From: a virus
Lineage: Duplodnaviria; Caudoviricetes
Virus record (IMG/VR): IMGVR_UViG_2695420662_000003
Location: 32,001 to 96,000 of that record
Reading direction: 5' to 3' (one strand)
Length of the DNA stretch: 64,000 bases
The notes under the pieces were generated by a model. It was given only the letters and a program-made list of their open reading frames with translations, was not told where the DNA came from and did no database searches. Both the position numbers and the translations under genes were made by a program. How positions within the stretch are numbered: the stretch's first letter is position 1; each line of letters begins with the position of its first letter. This document shows positions 32,018 to 42,801 of this stretch, piece after piece.

Positions 32018-32175
32018 CAAATGCGACAAATCGGGAATCAAATGCGACAAATCAGGAATTATCGGAGACAAATCGGGAATTTATCGGCGACAATTTAGGA
32101 ACGAAAAGAGACAAATCGGGAATAAAAAGAGACAATTTGGGAATCATTTTTATTCAAATGCGACAAATCAGGAAT
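32018..32175 (+). repeat. Iteron array (plasmid-type origin)
   Basis: 7 copies of G(C/A)GACAA(A/T)T(C/T)(G/A)GGAA at 32023,32044,32065,32087,32108,32129,32160; 21-22 bp period for first six; directly upstream of rep. Confidence 0.92.
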
Positions 32176-32227
32176 GTATTTATGGTATAATATTTTTAAT
32201 AAATTTTATTTTTGGAGAGGGTAAAAT

Positions 32228-33325
32228 ATGAATAAAATTAAAAAAGTAGAAAATAATAAAGATGAAATTTTACTAAAACATAATAGTCTAATAACAGCAA
32301 GATATAATTTAACTGTTGAAGAAAGCAGAATTTTTATATACATGTTGTATAAAATTCAACGAAATTTATATACAGATGGAACAATATGTAGAATATCCCA
32401 CGAAGAATTTAAAAAATTAGTACCCAATAAAAATAAAAATTCAATTACAGGATTGAAGAAAATTTTAAATTCACTCTTTGATAATAGAATTTATTTAAAA
32501 GATGAAAAAGACGATCCTTATGGAAAATATCATTTTCTATCTGGATTCGAAGAATATAAAGATGAAAATGGAAAGGTTTCTGGATTTATAGTTGAATGCT
32601 CAAAAAGAGTTTATAGCATACTTATGAATCATAATTACAAGGATGATGGCTATTATACTCCTATAAACTTGATTATATGGTTACAACTCAAAAATCAAAA
32701 CACTCAAAGAATGTATGATTTTATGCGATTATGGACTAACTCACAATCAGTTATAACTTATGAAATAAATGAGTTAAAAGAATTAATGATGTTAGAGGAT
32801 AAATATTCAAAATATAGCGATTTTAAAAAGAGAATTTTAAATCCATCTATTGAAGAACTTAATAAAACAGGCTATTTCAAGATAGATATGAAAGAGAATA
32901 AAAAGAATAAAAAAGTAAGTTCTATTGACTTTATAGTTGAAGATTTAGATAAGAGAGTTTACTTTAAAGAAAAGGCGACAGAAAAGGAAATTTTAGAGAC
33001 AGTTGTTAATATAACAGGAAGTAAATGCGACAAATCAGGAATTGAAAAAGGGAATAAGTTTTATATTCCGGACAAAAAAGTGTTTACCGTTGGAACTCTA
33101 AGATCATTTAAAATTGACTTTGAAGATATTGATTTTAAAAATGAATATATGCTAGAAGCATTCAATGATTCAATAGCAATAACATTTGAAAAAGATGATG
33201 TTGAAAAGATTAAAGTTGCTAATTATAAATTATTTAAGAATACATTAATTAACAAAATTGAGGAATATAAGGAACGTGAGAGTAAGGATTTGCAACATAA
33301 AGAAGAAATGGCGAAATATTGGTAG
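32228..33325 (+). CDS. repA: Rep_3 family plasmid replication initiator
   Basis: KHNSLITARYNLT..E, RMYD, ELKELM, Y.KYSDFKKRILNPSIEELN; upstream iterons. Confidence 0.92.
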   Translation: MNKIKKVENNKDEILLKHNSLITARYNLTVEESRIFIYMLYKIQRNLYTDGTICRISHEEFKKLVPNKNKNSITGLKKILNSLFDNRIYLKDEKDDPYGKYHFLSGFEEYKDENGKVSGFIVECSKRVYSILMNHNYKDDGYYTPINLIIWLQLKNQNTQRMYDFMRLWTNSQSVITYEINELKELMMLEDKYSKYSDFKKRILNPSIEELNKTGYFKIDMKENKKNKKVSSIDFIVEDLDKRVYFKEKATEKEILETVVNITGSKCDKSGIEKGNKFYIPDKKVFTVGTLRSFKIDFEDIDFKNEYMLEAFNDSIAITFEKDDVEKIKVANYKLFKNTLINKIEEYKERESKDLQHKEEMAKYW

Positions 33326-33498
33326 AAATTACCTGTAGTATTTTTAATTCTCAACGTGTTATCATATGAGAGTAAATTTTATCTTACATTTTTCCAGTTA
33401 AGATAATATTTATATTCCAAATTGGTCAAGCGTGTGCATCTCCCAATGCATGCGCTGACTTATTTGAGAAGTGCATATAACTATTTAAGCATATTTAA

Positions 33499-33537
33499 AA
33501 GAGTAGGATAAAATGATAAATCCTACTCTTATTTTTT
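33499..33537. terminator. Bidirectional intrinsic terminator
   Basis: AAGAGTAGGAT...ATCCTACTCTT stem flanked by A/T tracts between convergent genes. Confidence 0.7.
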
Positions 33538-33796
33538 ATACAGATTTAATTTTGTCTATAAATAAACTACCATTTTCAATTCCACAGTCAAAATAATATT
33601 TTCCAGCCATATATCTAGTTTTAAGATTGTTTTTGTCAGATATATTTATTTCTATTAAATCATCAATATTCAATTTTTTATCATATGTAAGCAATTCTTT
33701 TCCTCTTAATGTTATAGCATATTGAAACCTTTCTACTATATCATTAATTTCATAATTTAACTTTTGATCATTACTTAATATTTGTTTTATATTCAT
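33536..33796 (-). CDS. Hypothetical protein
   Basis: 86-aa ORF with GAGG RBS. Confidence 0.6.
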   Translation of the reverse strand: MNIKQILSNDQKLNYEINDIVERFQYAITLRGKELLTYDKKLNIDDLIEINISDKNNLKTRYMAGKYYFDCGIENGSLFIDKIKSV

Positions 33797-33880
33797 ATGT
33801 ACGCACCTCTAAAATTTCTCTAAATGTTATATTATTATAATGTCCAAAATATGTAAGATTATACCTTTATATTCAATATT

Positions 33881-34852
33881 TTATATTATTTCTTGATTTG
33901 AGAATATTATTCTTTTTTCTCTAGTATCAACTTTATGATATTTGTATTTATTCCTATTCTGTTTCAGTATTATCTTTTTCATACTATTACTAGGATAATC
34001 AAATATTATCTTATTGTTCTCCTCTATTTCCTTTTCGATTTTATCTTCTGATTGAGTTATATCAGCAACTATCAACTTTTCAGGCTTGTTACATTCAGTT
34101 TCAAATTCAATTTTTGTAGGTTTTCTATATTTATTTGCACCTAACCTATTAAAAAAACAGATAGTTTTATTTTTATAATCGTCAACGTAGTTTTCATAAT
34201 CTTTTTCATATGTACTTATTATCTTCTTCTTATCTTTTTCATCAGTATAGCGAACATCTTTATGACTTAAAATTCCCATTTCATAAGCATTTAACTCAAA
34301 ATTTAAATTCATATTGGCATATTTTTTAAGTTTTTGATTATTTTCTAAACTATCTAGAGTTGGTATTATTTCAGAAAAACCTTTCATTTGAACTTTTGCA
34401 TATCTTCTTTCTTTTTCATTTTCTGCCAGTGCTTCATATATATTATTTTTAAATATTAATTCCTCTTCAAAACTATCATATGTATTGTTATCTGCTGCTT
34501 CTATCATATGTAAATATGTACTTCTTCTTTTTCCGTAAACTTCCATCATCGTATTATAATATTCATGTTCTCTTTTTAATTTTGATACATTTTCAAGTAT
34601 TTGTTCGACTAGTTTTCTACAATCTTCACCTTTAACTTTTTCTTTTCTTTTTGTGTATGTAACAAACTCCTGATCATCAACAATCTTGATTAACTCAACC
34701 TTAAAAGCATCAACTTTTAGTTTCGATTTTAATTCTCCATATAATTCCAAACTAGATTTATACCCTTTATCTTCAGTATAAGAATTAACAACTCTTAAAT
34801 CATCATATGTAACACGAACCATATAACTCTTTTCTTTATATTCTTTTTTCAT
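33881..34852 (-). CDS. Hypothetical coiled-coil protein
   Basis: 323-aa ORF with GGGGAG RBS and promoter cassette. Confidence 0.75.
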   Translation of the reverse strand: MKKEYKEKSYMVRVTYDDLRVVNSYTEDKGYKSSLELYGELKSKLKVDAFKVELIKIVDDQEFVTYTKRKEKVKGEDCRKLVEQILENVSKLKREHEYYNTMMEVYGKRRSTYLHMIEAADNNTYDSFEEELIFKNNIYEALAENEKERRYAKVQMKGFSEIIPTLDSLENNQKLKKYANMNLNFELNAYEMGILSHKDVRYTDEKDKKKIISTYEKDYENYVDDYKNKTICFFNRLGANKYRKPTKIEFETECNKPEKLIVADITQSEDKIEKEIEENNKIIFDYPSNSMKKIILKQNRNKYKYHKVDTREKRIIFSNQEII

Positions 34853-34933
34853 TTTAAAATCTCCCCTTAACCATATGTACTTGATAACTAACTTGTTATC
34901 TTAATTAAATTATATATGAACTTATCGTATATG

Positions 34934-35902
34934 TCAATAAAAAAAAGAAAAAGATAGGAATTTTATTTCTCCTATCTTAATCTGGAATGTGGTATGAACA
35001 TTGAACGTCAGTATCTTTAATCCATATATAGTTTTTAGTTTCTCACGGACTATAAATAAATCGTTTCCATATTCATTAACTATTATATCACATATTCTTT
35101 TAAATTCTTCATAACTTACAGGATTATCACTAATAGTCAACTCATACCCCATACCTTTTTGACTTATTAAATATATATTTACTGCCATATTACAAACCTC
35201 CTTATATTTAATTCTAAATTAAACTTTTCAGAAAATTATTTATCTATAATTTTATTTATTATTAACAATACCGATATAGCTATAATTAAGTTTGGTATTG
35301 TAATTAAATTTATGACAGGTAAACAAAAGCTATACCAATTTAAGGCCATTGTAGGATTAGCGTATATAAAAATACCCAATAACCCTATAAGGCCACATAA
35401 ACCTTCTTTTGATACTTCTACACTTTTACTTTCCGTTTTAATTTTTGGTAATTTTATATTCAAATCTTGTGTTTTATACTTAGAATATTTATCTTCAACT
35501 ATAATTGATTGATCTGTTATAATATCCTTTAAAACTCTTCTATCATCCATAGCAATATTTGCAGTCTTTTTCATAAAAATATTACCTCCTGATTTAAATT
35601 TTCATAATATTATTTTAGTTTTAATTTAAACTTTTCAAAGTCTTAAATACATCTATCAATATACATAAGAATAAGATTAATACACTATTCGATATTATAC
35701 TTGAGATACCTAACATACTTATCATAGAACCTATTATCGTCATAAATATTGTACTTATCAATGTAAATTGATTTTGATTTAAACTTTTCACAAATTCATT
35801 TTCATAAACTATTTTCTCTGTATGTTTTACTAATCCTATATTTTTATATTTTGCATATTTATCAACGTAATTATTTTTATTTATTTTCACTAATGCTGTC
35901 AT
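34934..35902 (-). other. Three small genes (34934..35188, 35236..35574, 35621..35902), two with C-terminal TM helices
   Basis: ORF track, RBSs, hydrophobic segments. Confidence 0.6.
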
Positions 35903-35988
35903 AATTCATATCTCCTTTTGAATTAAATTTTTATTAATTGTTTATACTGTAATATATGTATTTTATATATGAACTGTTCATATATTTT

Positions 35989-36151
35989 AAGAAAATTTTA
36001 ATTATTATACTAAACATTTGAAATAATTTTAATTTTTTGATAAAGAAATAATAATCCAAAATGAATTAATATTAAAATTAAAAATAAATTTCTTAGGCCG
36101 ACAGGATTTAAAATAATTTAAAAAATTTAGTATAATAATTAAAATTTTCTT
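35989..36151. repeat. Perfect 26-bp inverted repeat
   Basis: aagaaaattttaattattatactaaa (35989-36014) and its reverse complement (36126-36151). Confidence 0.85.
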
Positions 36152-36661
36152 TGATATATCTAAATTGTTTTTAAACTTTCCATGATATCGCAAGTATTTT
36201 AGTTTTGAAATAAACTTTTGATATACTTTTAACCTTATAGGATGGATTCTAAGAGGTTTTATAACCATATGTTATACTTTTATACCTAATAATATTTAAG
36301 AACGATTTAAACTTTTCACAAGCTTTGATTTAGATTTAATTTTTTCAATAAATTTTCAATAAAAAAGAAGTGCATTTAGCACTCCTGATTTATCATTCTT
36401 ACTACGTCATCTAAATATTTATTTTGTCTTTTTATATAATCATCTTCTGGGCTACCTCCAACAGATCCAGTCCGAGATTCGTTGTCTTATATCTGCTATG
36501 ACATTAGTTAATATTTGCTCTTGATTTAAAATTTTCATAAAAATACCCTCCGTTATATTAATCTTTTAAATAAATTTTCGATTATTTTGTTATAGATATT
36601 TAATTTTATTTTAAACTTTTCTCTACTTTCATATGTACAATAGCGATAAAATAAATTATCA

Positions 36662-37597
36662 CTATAAAATATTATCATAAACATCATTTTCTTTTGTTGC
36701 GGCATGCCCTTTTACTATATAAATTTGTTGAGTTATACTTGAGTTTGCATGACCTACAATATCACAAACCTCGTCAATACTTTTCTTTCCGCTCAGTATT
36801 GCATTAGTACAAAAACTATGTCTAAGTTTATGAGCGTGAACATGCCCAATATTTAATTCCTTTTCCGCTTGTTTTAATCTATCCTGGATACCTCTTCTAC
36901 CAACTTTTTTGTGTGTTAACGCTGAAATCCATAAATACAACTCATCACCTATATTTTTAATATCAATTTTAGATCTAATATCTTTTATATACTCTTGAAG
37001 TAATGCAGCAACTCCAGGAGGCATTTTTACATGCCTTGAAACTTCTCCATTATACCCTTTCCCTCTAACTGCTAATATATTAAAATCTGCACCTTTTACG
37101 TCATTAAGTCTTATTTCTGTTAATTCCTCAAGTCTTAAACCTAAAGTAATCATCATTAAAACCATAATATATTCCCTTTTTGCGTTTAAATAATCAACTT
37201 TACGGTGTGTATTAGGGTTTTCTATTTTATTTTTGAAATAATTCATAAGTTTTTTTATGTCTTCTTCTGGAAAATAGTCAACTTGTTTTTTATCAACTCT
37301 TACATTTTTGTATGCTAATAAAGGGCTAGTTTTTATATAACCTTCAGTTATTAAAAACCTTGAAAAGCACTTAACAGCACTCATCTTAGCATTTATTGTA
37401 TTAGGTTTATATTTATCCCTTAATTCGTCTGTATAGTCTTTTATGAATTGCGGATCTTCTAATAAATTAAAGTTTTCAGGATCTATATTATAATCTTTAA
37501 AAAACATCTCTAAAGATTGCATATAGTCAATTATTGTTTTTTCGCTTAAATTTTGCTTTTGCATGTATTTTATTAAGTCGTTTAATAGTTTAAACAT
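36662..37597 (-). CDS. Tyrosine recombinase (XerC/D-like)
   Basis: SAM-like N-domain, TLGLRLEEL (R), GKG (K), HAHKLRH (HxxR), VGH, TQQIY (Y). Confidence 0.95.
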   Translation of the reverse strand: MFKLLNDLIKYMQKQNLSEKTIIDYMQSLEMFFKDYNIDPENFNLLEDPQFIKDYTDELRDKYKPNTINAKMSAVKCFSRFLITEGYIKTSPLLAYKNVRVDKKQVDYFPEEDIKKLMNYFKNKIENPNTHRKVDYLNAKREYIMVLMMITLGLRLEELTEIRLNDVKGADFNILAVRGKGYNGEVSRHVKMPPGVAALLQEYIKDIRSKIDIKNIGDELYLWISALTHKKVGRRGIQDRLKQAEKELNIGHVHAHKLRHSFCTNAILSGKKSIDEVCDIVGHANSSITQQIYIVKGHAATKENDVYDNIL

Positions 37598-37699
37598 AGT
37601 TATAGCCCTCCAAATATAGTTTTTTTTAGAAGGGAATAAAAATTATAACTCCCTTCATACATTAATTATCTATTCAATTATTTTATCATATGTACAATT

Positions 37700-39397
37700 T
37701 TATTCTAATAAATGTTTTATATTGTCATAGTATTTCGTTATTCTACTTTGTGTTATCTTTTTATTTCTATCATATTTTTCATGATAAAAACATTCGTCAA
37801 AGTATCTAAGAACGTATATATTACCTTTTTTAAACAGTATATAATCTTCGGTTTCTTTTAAAACCTCTTTACAATCAATTTTAATAGCGTTATTGTATGT
37901 TTTTTCATTGGCCAATAATTGTAAATTCATATCTAAACTATCATTTTGAAGTGATGAAATAGTTATTTTATCTGTATATAATACATAGTATTGTAAATTG
38001 TTATTAGAGTCCTTAAAAGCTATTTTAACGGCCTCTGGTGTACTATCTGATACAATATAATAACACTTTTTAAAGTCTATTTTATTATATTGAACCTTTT
38101 CGCCTTGCAATTGTAATAATTTACTTATAATATAACCGTTAGCTGGTACACAGTTTAATAATGGTGTTTCTTTTTTACGTTTGTTTACATATCTTTTAAG
38201 TGAATTAAGTTGTTTTATAACTTCATCTTGTGTATTTAATTTATTATTCCATTTTTCTATTTGAGGATCTTGTTTTACTCCTGCTGTTATTATTGTTTCT
38301 TCACCTGGATTATTATAACAACTAACGAAATTATTCATATCTTCAAACACTTCTACATACCCAAACTTTTTAAGATGTTTAATATATGCCTTTTGATCTC
38401 TATGTCCGTAATCTTTTATTAAGTCTTTTGGATCGTTTATTTTCCAAACTTCATCGCCTATTATTTCTTTTGTTGTAACTGTAGTACCTTCTATAACTTT
38501 AAAGTCTTTATTTCCTGGAGTTGTGTCTTTAAAATATTTTATAGTGTTTTTTGGTTCTTCTGTATTGTTTATAGTTACATTTTCAATTAAACCCATTTCG
38601 TCGCCTTCTTCTATCCAGTCAAGAAGGAATAAAAATAAATTTTCTTTTGGTGCTCTTTTATCATATTTTATATTGTTTTCATCGAATAATATAAATAATT
38701 CTTCTTTACTATAATCTTTACAAAGTTTACCGTTTATAGGTCTTTCTATTATAGAATAATAATCTTCAGTATTAAATATTTCTCTTAATTTATCATTATA
38801 ATTCATGCTTTCATCTTCCATACTCTTATTATTTAATTCTTCCGTTGTTGCTACTTCTGTATCTTCTTTGGGAAGTAAACTATTTGCAAAATTTAAAGTA
38901 TCTTCTGATTGTTTAGCATACCAACATTTATTATATTTTGACCATCTAAACCCGTTTGCTTTTAAATTGTTTCTAACTTCTTCACTCGGTTTATTAGAAA
39001 AATATATTTCTACCCCGTTTTTATCTTCATTTAATTCAACTTTAACATCTTCTAATATTTCAATCTCTTTTGATTCTTTTTGATCTTCATTTAATTCAAT
39101 ATATAAATTGAAAGAACTATTTGAATGTATATGACAATAAAATTTTAATTTGTTATCTACTATACGAACGGAACAAAATCCTACGCTTGATTTTCTAACG
39201 TCTTCGCATGATTCTGTAAAATCTCCTTTTAATCCTTTACTCTCAGACACTCCAAACATATCATCATAAGAATAAGAATCCATATAATCGAATAATTGTT
39301 CTTGTGCCATTTTTACTAAAACGTCTCTTCTTAAAGTAACACTTTTACCATTGTTCTTTTCTACTCTTTTAACTAAATTCTCTATTCTCTTATTCAT
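37700..39397 (-). CDS. Multidomain hypothetical protein
   Basis: 565 aa; contains NGVEIYF..KPSEEVR..LK.NGFRWS...CWYAK module common in mobile-element proteins. Confidence 0.75.
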   Translation of the reverse strand: MNKRIENLVKRVEKNNGKSVTLRRDVLVKMAQEQLFDYMDSYSYDDMFGVSESKGLKGDFTESCEDVRKSSVGFCSVRIVDNKLKFYCHIHSNSSFNLYIELNEDQKESKEIEILEDVKVELNEDKNGVEIYFSNKPSEEVRNNLKANGFRWSKYNKCWYAKQSEDTLNFANSLLPKEDTEVATTEELNNKSMEDESMNYNDKLREIFNTEDYYSIIERPINGKLCKDYSKEELFILFDENNIKYDKRAPKENLFLFLLDWIEEGDEMGLIENVTINNTEEPKNTIKYFKDTTPGNKDFKVIEGTTVTTKEIIGDEVWKINDPKDLIKDYGHRDQKAYIKHLKKFGYVEVFEDMNNFVSCYNNPGEETIITAGVKQDPQIEKWNNKLNTQDEVIKQLNSLKRYVNKRKKETPLLNCVPANGYIISKLLQLQGEKVQYNKIDFKKCYYIVSDSTPEAVKIAFKDSNNNLQYYVLYTDKITISSLQNDSLDMNLQLLANEKTYNNAIKIDCKEVLKETEDYILFKKGNIYVLRYFDECFYHEKYDRNKKITQSRITKYYDNIKHLLE

Positions 39398-39557
39398 AAC
39401 TTAAAATCTCCTTTTTATTTATAATATTTTTATTTCTAGTTTTGATCTAAGGACTAGTTTTAACCTTTTTCATATGTACTGTTTAATCTTTATATTTTAA
39501 TTATATGCGTTATAGTCTAAAATGTCAACGCTTTTTATGAATTTATCATATATTTTT

Positions 39558-40301
39558 TTAGAAACTATATTCATTATATACATTTAATACCTTATCAAGT
39601 GCTTGTTTTAGATCTCCATTATCTAAATCGTCTCTATAATAGTGTTTAATACCTTCTGCGATATATTCGTTTATATCTTCATAATAGTAATCGCTGCCAA
39701 AATAGAATTCCTTATCATTAAAAGACTTTTGTATTTGATCTTCTTCATGTAAAGCCCAAACCTTAACAAGTGCGTGGCCTATTTCATGTAATAATGCATG
39801 TTCTACTTGATCGTATTCAACAACTATTTTATTTTTATTTTCGTTATTATATGTAATAAATTCACCTGCTACGTCTATCTTTTTACCAAATACAACGCTA
39901 TCTTCTATCTTATTAACTGCACTTATTTCTAAGTTATAGTTATACTTAAGATCTGATAATACATTTTCAGGAAGTTTATTTAATTCCTTTTTCATATTCT
40001 CAAATGCCTTTATTTTATCTATGTCAGAGTTATTTATTTTACCTATTGAATTGTCTATTTTTAAATATGTACTATTTATTAATTTGAATTCTTTTACATC
40101 GTAGAATATATTTAAATATTCGCTTGATCCATCATTAAAAGTTATTTGTATATCTCCGTCATCTGCCAACTGATAGCATTCAATTTGTTTTTCTGGTTTA
40201 ATATCCTCTTTATTATCAAGACTAAAAACGTTTAAATTTGTATTTGTTACTAATATAGTAACCATTAAAACTAATGCTAAATTTTCTATTATTTTTCTCA
40301 T
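39558..40301 (-). CDS. Secreted zinc metallopeptidase (ATLF/PPEP-like zincin)
   Basis: Signal-peptide-like N-terminus, LP..V...L, AGEF, LLHEIGHAL, EYIAEG. Confidence 0.75.
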   Translation of the reverse strand: MRKIIENLALVLMVTILVTNTNLNVFSLDNKEDIKPEKQIECYQLADDGDIQITFNDGSSEYLNIFYDVKEFKLINSTYLKIDNSIGKINNSDIDKIKAFENMKKELNKLPENVLSDLKYNYNLEISAVNKIEDSVVFGKKIDVAGEFITYNNENKNKIVVEYDQVEHALLHEIGHALVKVWALHEEDQIQKSFNDKEFYFGSDYYYEDINEYIAEGIKHYYRDDLDNGDLKQALDKVLNVYNEYSF

Positions 40302-40489
40302 ATGTACTAATCCCCTTTGTTTTTTTATTATTTATACTTTAATTATATGCGCTATTGTATTATTTGTCAATAAAAACATTAAAAATAATGAAAAAATTTT
40401 TTAAAATAGGTTGTTAAGTATGATAAATTCATATACAATTAAAGTATAAATAATAAATATTAATTATACATATAAAGGAGAATTTAAAA

Positions 40490-40843
40490 ATGAAAAGAGA
40501 AATATTAAGAGGTCAAATATACTACGCAGATCTAGGAGCGGCATTCAACAGCGAACAAAGTGGAGTTCGCCCAGTTCTTATAATACAAAATAACGTTGGT
40601 AATAAATACAGTCCAACAACAATTATTGCTGCTATTACATCATCTCAAAGTAAAGCAAAATTACCTACTCATATTGAATTAAAAGCAAGTGACGTTGAAG
40701 GTCTTAATAAAGATTCTATTGTTTTATGTGAGCAAATAAGAACTATTGATAAAAAGCGTTTAAAAGAGTTCAGAGGTCAATTAGATGATTATACAATGAT
40801 GGAAGTTTCGGCAGCAATCCAAACTTCTTTTGGTATGTTCTAA
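40490..40843 (+). CDS. mazF: PemK/MazF endoribonuclease (NdoA/EndoA-like), no adjacent antitoxin
   Basis: RGQIYYADL...SEQSGVRPVLIIQNNVGNKYSPT.I.AAITS...LPTH...DSIVLCEQIRTIDK.RL. Confidence 0.95.
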   Translation: MKREILRGQIYYADLGAAFNSEQSGVRPVLIIQNNVGNKYSPTTIIAAITSSQSKAKLPTHIELKASDVEGLNKDSIVLCEQIRTIDKKRLKEFRGQLDDYTMMEVSAAIQTSFGMF

Positions 40844-41117
40844 GGATATCTTTACGTCTTATATTATGATATCCTTAGATTTACACTTGTGTTGTTCTAT
40901 ATTTAGTTTTAATTACATATGTACCTATTTACTTAACCCTTTTAGTTTACCGTCATGAATTATAAAACTTATATTCATATTTTCAAATATGCTTTTTGCA
41001 TCCTCTAAAGTTATATTTTTTATATCTTTAATAAACATTAACATGTACCTCCAGGAAAATTTTATATATTTAGTTGTGTTTAATATGTACTTAATAGTAT
41101 TGCGGGATACTATTTAT

Positions 41118-41309
41118 TTACTTAAATACTTTGTCTATTCTAACGCCTAAGATGTCACATAGTTTTTTAAGTTTTGTTGCTGCAGGATCTACTTTATAAT
41201 TTACCCATCTACTATAAGTAGACTTGTTTATATCTAGTTTTTCACATATCTGAATCACTGTAAATCCTTGTTTTTCTCTAAGTGATTCTATTAATTCAAA
41301 ATTAATCAT
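41118..41309 (-). CDS. XRE-family HTH regulator
   Basis: LREKQGFT..QICEKLDINKSTYSRW....P....LKKLCDILGV. Confidence 0.88.
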   Translation of the reverse strand: MINFELIESLREKQGFTVIQICEKLDINKSTYSRWVNYKVDPAATKLKKLCDILGVRIDKVFK

Positions 41310-41327
41310 TTAAACCCTCCTAAGAAT

Positions 41328-41413
41328 AATTGCATATTTGCAACCTTGATATTAGTTATTTAACATTAACTATTTATACTATAAGTATAGCATCTTAATT
41401 GCATATTTGCAAC
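41328..41413. promoter_or_regulatory. Two identical palindromic operators AATTGCATATTTGCAAC upstream of XRE gene
   Basis: Copies at 41328-41344 and 41397-41413; TTGCA-N4-TGCAA dyad. Confidence 0.7.
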
Positions 41414-41487
41414 TAATTTTAGTAAATTTTATAATAAATATTTTTATATGTACTGGTAATAGCGCTTAAAGGCCGCTATCAAACCTG

Positions 41488-42801
41488 ATAAAATCTACAA
41501 TTTATTGGGTTTATATAACCCATTTATAGTCATTAGTAGTTAATCACTATTGGATGTAAATCTACACCCTTTATTCCATTTGCAAAAGCATTTGGAAATA
41601 CTTTCTTTATTATTTGATAAGATCCATTTGCATCAGCATTAATACTAATCCCTTTATTTGATATAAACAACCCTCTATATTTACGTCTTGATTTATTATA
41701 GTTTTCCTTTATAGGTAATTCGTTATCTATAAAACTTGTTCCTGAAGTGTAGCTTTCTTCTGTTGTTATCAACTTAATACCATTTTCTTTGCATTTATAT
41801 TCTAACTTCTTTATAAAGTTATCATATGGTATTTGAATAAAATTTTGAGTATTACTACCTATTCTACACTCTTGTTTCCATTCTTTGTTAATTCCTATAA
41901 CTATCGTATTAATATTCATCCTTATACAATAATCAATTACTATTCTGCTAGCGCAGTGCATAAAATATTCTAACTTGTTATATCTCTTCATATTAATTCT
42001 ATCTAATCTTTTAGTCCAATCTAAATTATTATTAGTCTTTGCCAATCCTCTGTATTTAGATAACTGCTTATTATAGTATTGATTTATAGACTTTAACCCT
42101 TTGCCATTAATAACAATAGGCTTATATCCTATGTTATTTGTCATAGTTACAAAGTTATTTATTCCTAAATCAATTCCCATAATCCTATTATTAAATTCTC
42201 TTTCTTTGACATCTTTAGTTTGATAAACTATTTCAAGTATATAGCAGCCACCTTTAGGTATGATTCTAGTTTGCATATGTTTACCTTTTATTTTTGTTCT
42301 AATCAAATAATTATATGGCTTAAAAGGTTTGAATGCAAAATATAGATATCCTTCTTTAATTTGTGACTGCATATTAGTTAATATACACATATATCGCCCG
42401 TTTTTCTCTTTGTATCCTGGCAATTTTGGCTTACCTAAGTATTTGCTTGGCGTTTTATAATAGTCTTTAATTGATATTAAAAATGATTTCCAGGCCTTAT
42501 CCAGCATCTTTAATGTATGTTGTCCTGAGTTAGATCCTATTTCTTTGAATACCTCTGTGGTTTTTAGTCGCCTTGTTAGCTCGCTATACTTCTCTACTTT
42601 CTTTGTATAAATAAAAACTTGTCTTAATTCATAATTTGCATAATTGTATAAATTCTTAGATTTAAAACAATATTCATCGCATATATTCCACATTTTATGA
42701 TTTCTATTTATTATATGTCTTTCTACTCTATCTATGGATATTCCCTCCTTTGCATTAATATTTGAGAATTCAAAGTTAACCAAATGAAATTATACTTTTA
42801 T
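41488..42801 (-). mobile_element. TnpB-only element bounded by two 18-bp junction sites
   Basis: Sites ATAAAA-tctaca-ATTTAT (41488) and ATGAAA-ttatac-TTTTAT (42784) flank tnpB; no tnpA. Confidence 0.65.
41533..42783 (-). CDS. tnpB: TnpB RNA-guided nuclease (IS200/IS605/IS607 family)
   Basis: SKNLYNYANY, GIDLGINN (RuvC-I), IVIG.N..WKQ / EESYTS, RGLF..INADANG (RuvC-III); RBS points to codon at 42735. Confidence 0.93.
   Translation of the reverse strand: MVNFEFSNINAKEGISIDRVERHIINRNHKMWNICDEYCFKSKNLYNYANYELRQVFIYTKKVEKYSELTRRLKTTEVFKEIGSNSGQHTLKMLDKAWKSFLISIKDYYKTPSKYLGKPKLPGYKEKNGRYMCILTNMQSQIKEGYLYFAFKPFKPYNYLIRTKIKGKHMQTRIIPKGGCYILEIVYQTKDVKEREFNNRIMGIDLGINNFVTMTNNIGYKPIVINGKGLKSINQYYNKQLSKYRGLAKTNNNLDWTKRLDRINMKRYNKLEYFMHCASRIVIDYCIRMNINTIVIGINKEWKQECRIGSNTQNFIQIPYDNFIKKLEYKCKENGIKLITTEESYTSGTSFIDNELPIKENYNKSRRKYRGLFISNKGISINADANGSYQIIKKVFPNAFANGIKGVDLHPIVINY

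Noticed and set aside
32018-32175. Possible CRISPR array
   Set aside because: Period of 21-22 bp with no unique 30-bp spacers and position upstream of rep indicate iterons
31998-32231. 77-aa ORF with CDKSGI repeats
   Set aside because: It is the translation of the iteron array, not a plausible gene
36029-36268. 79-aa ORF
   Set aside because: Low-complexity AT-rich translation across the inverted-repeat region, no RBS
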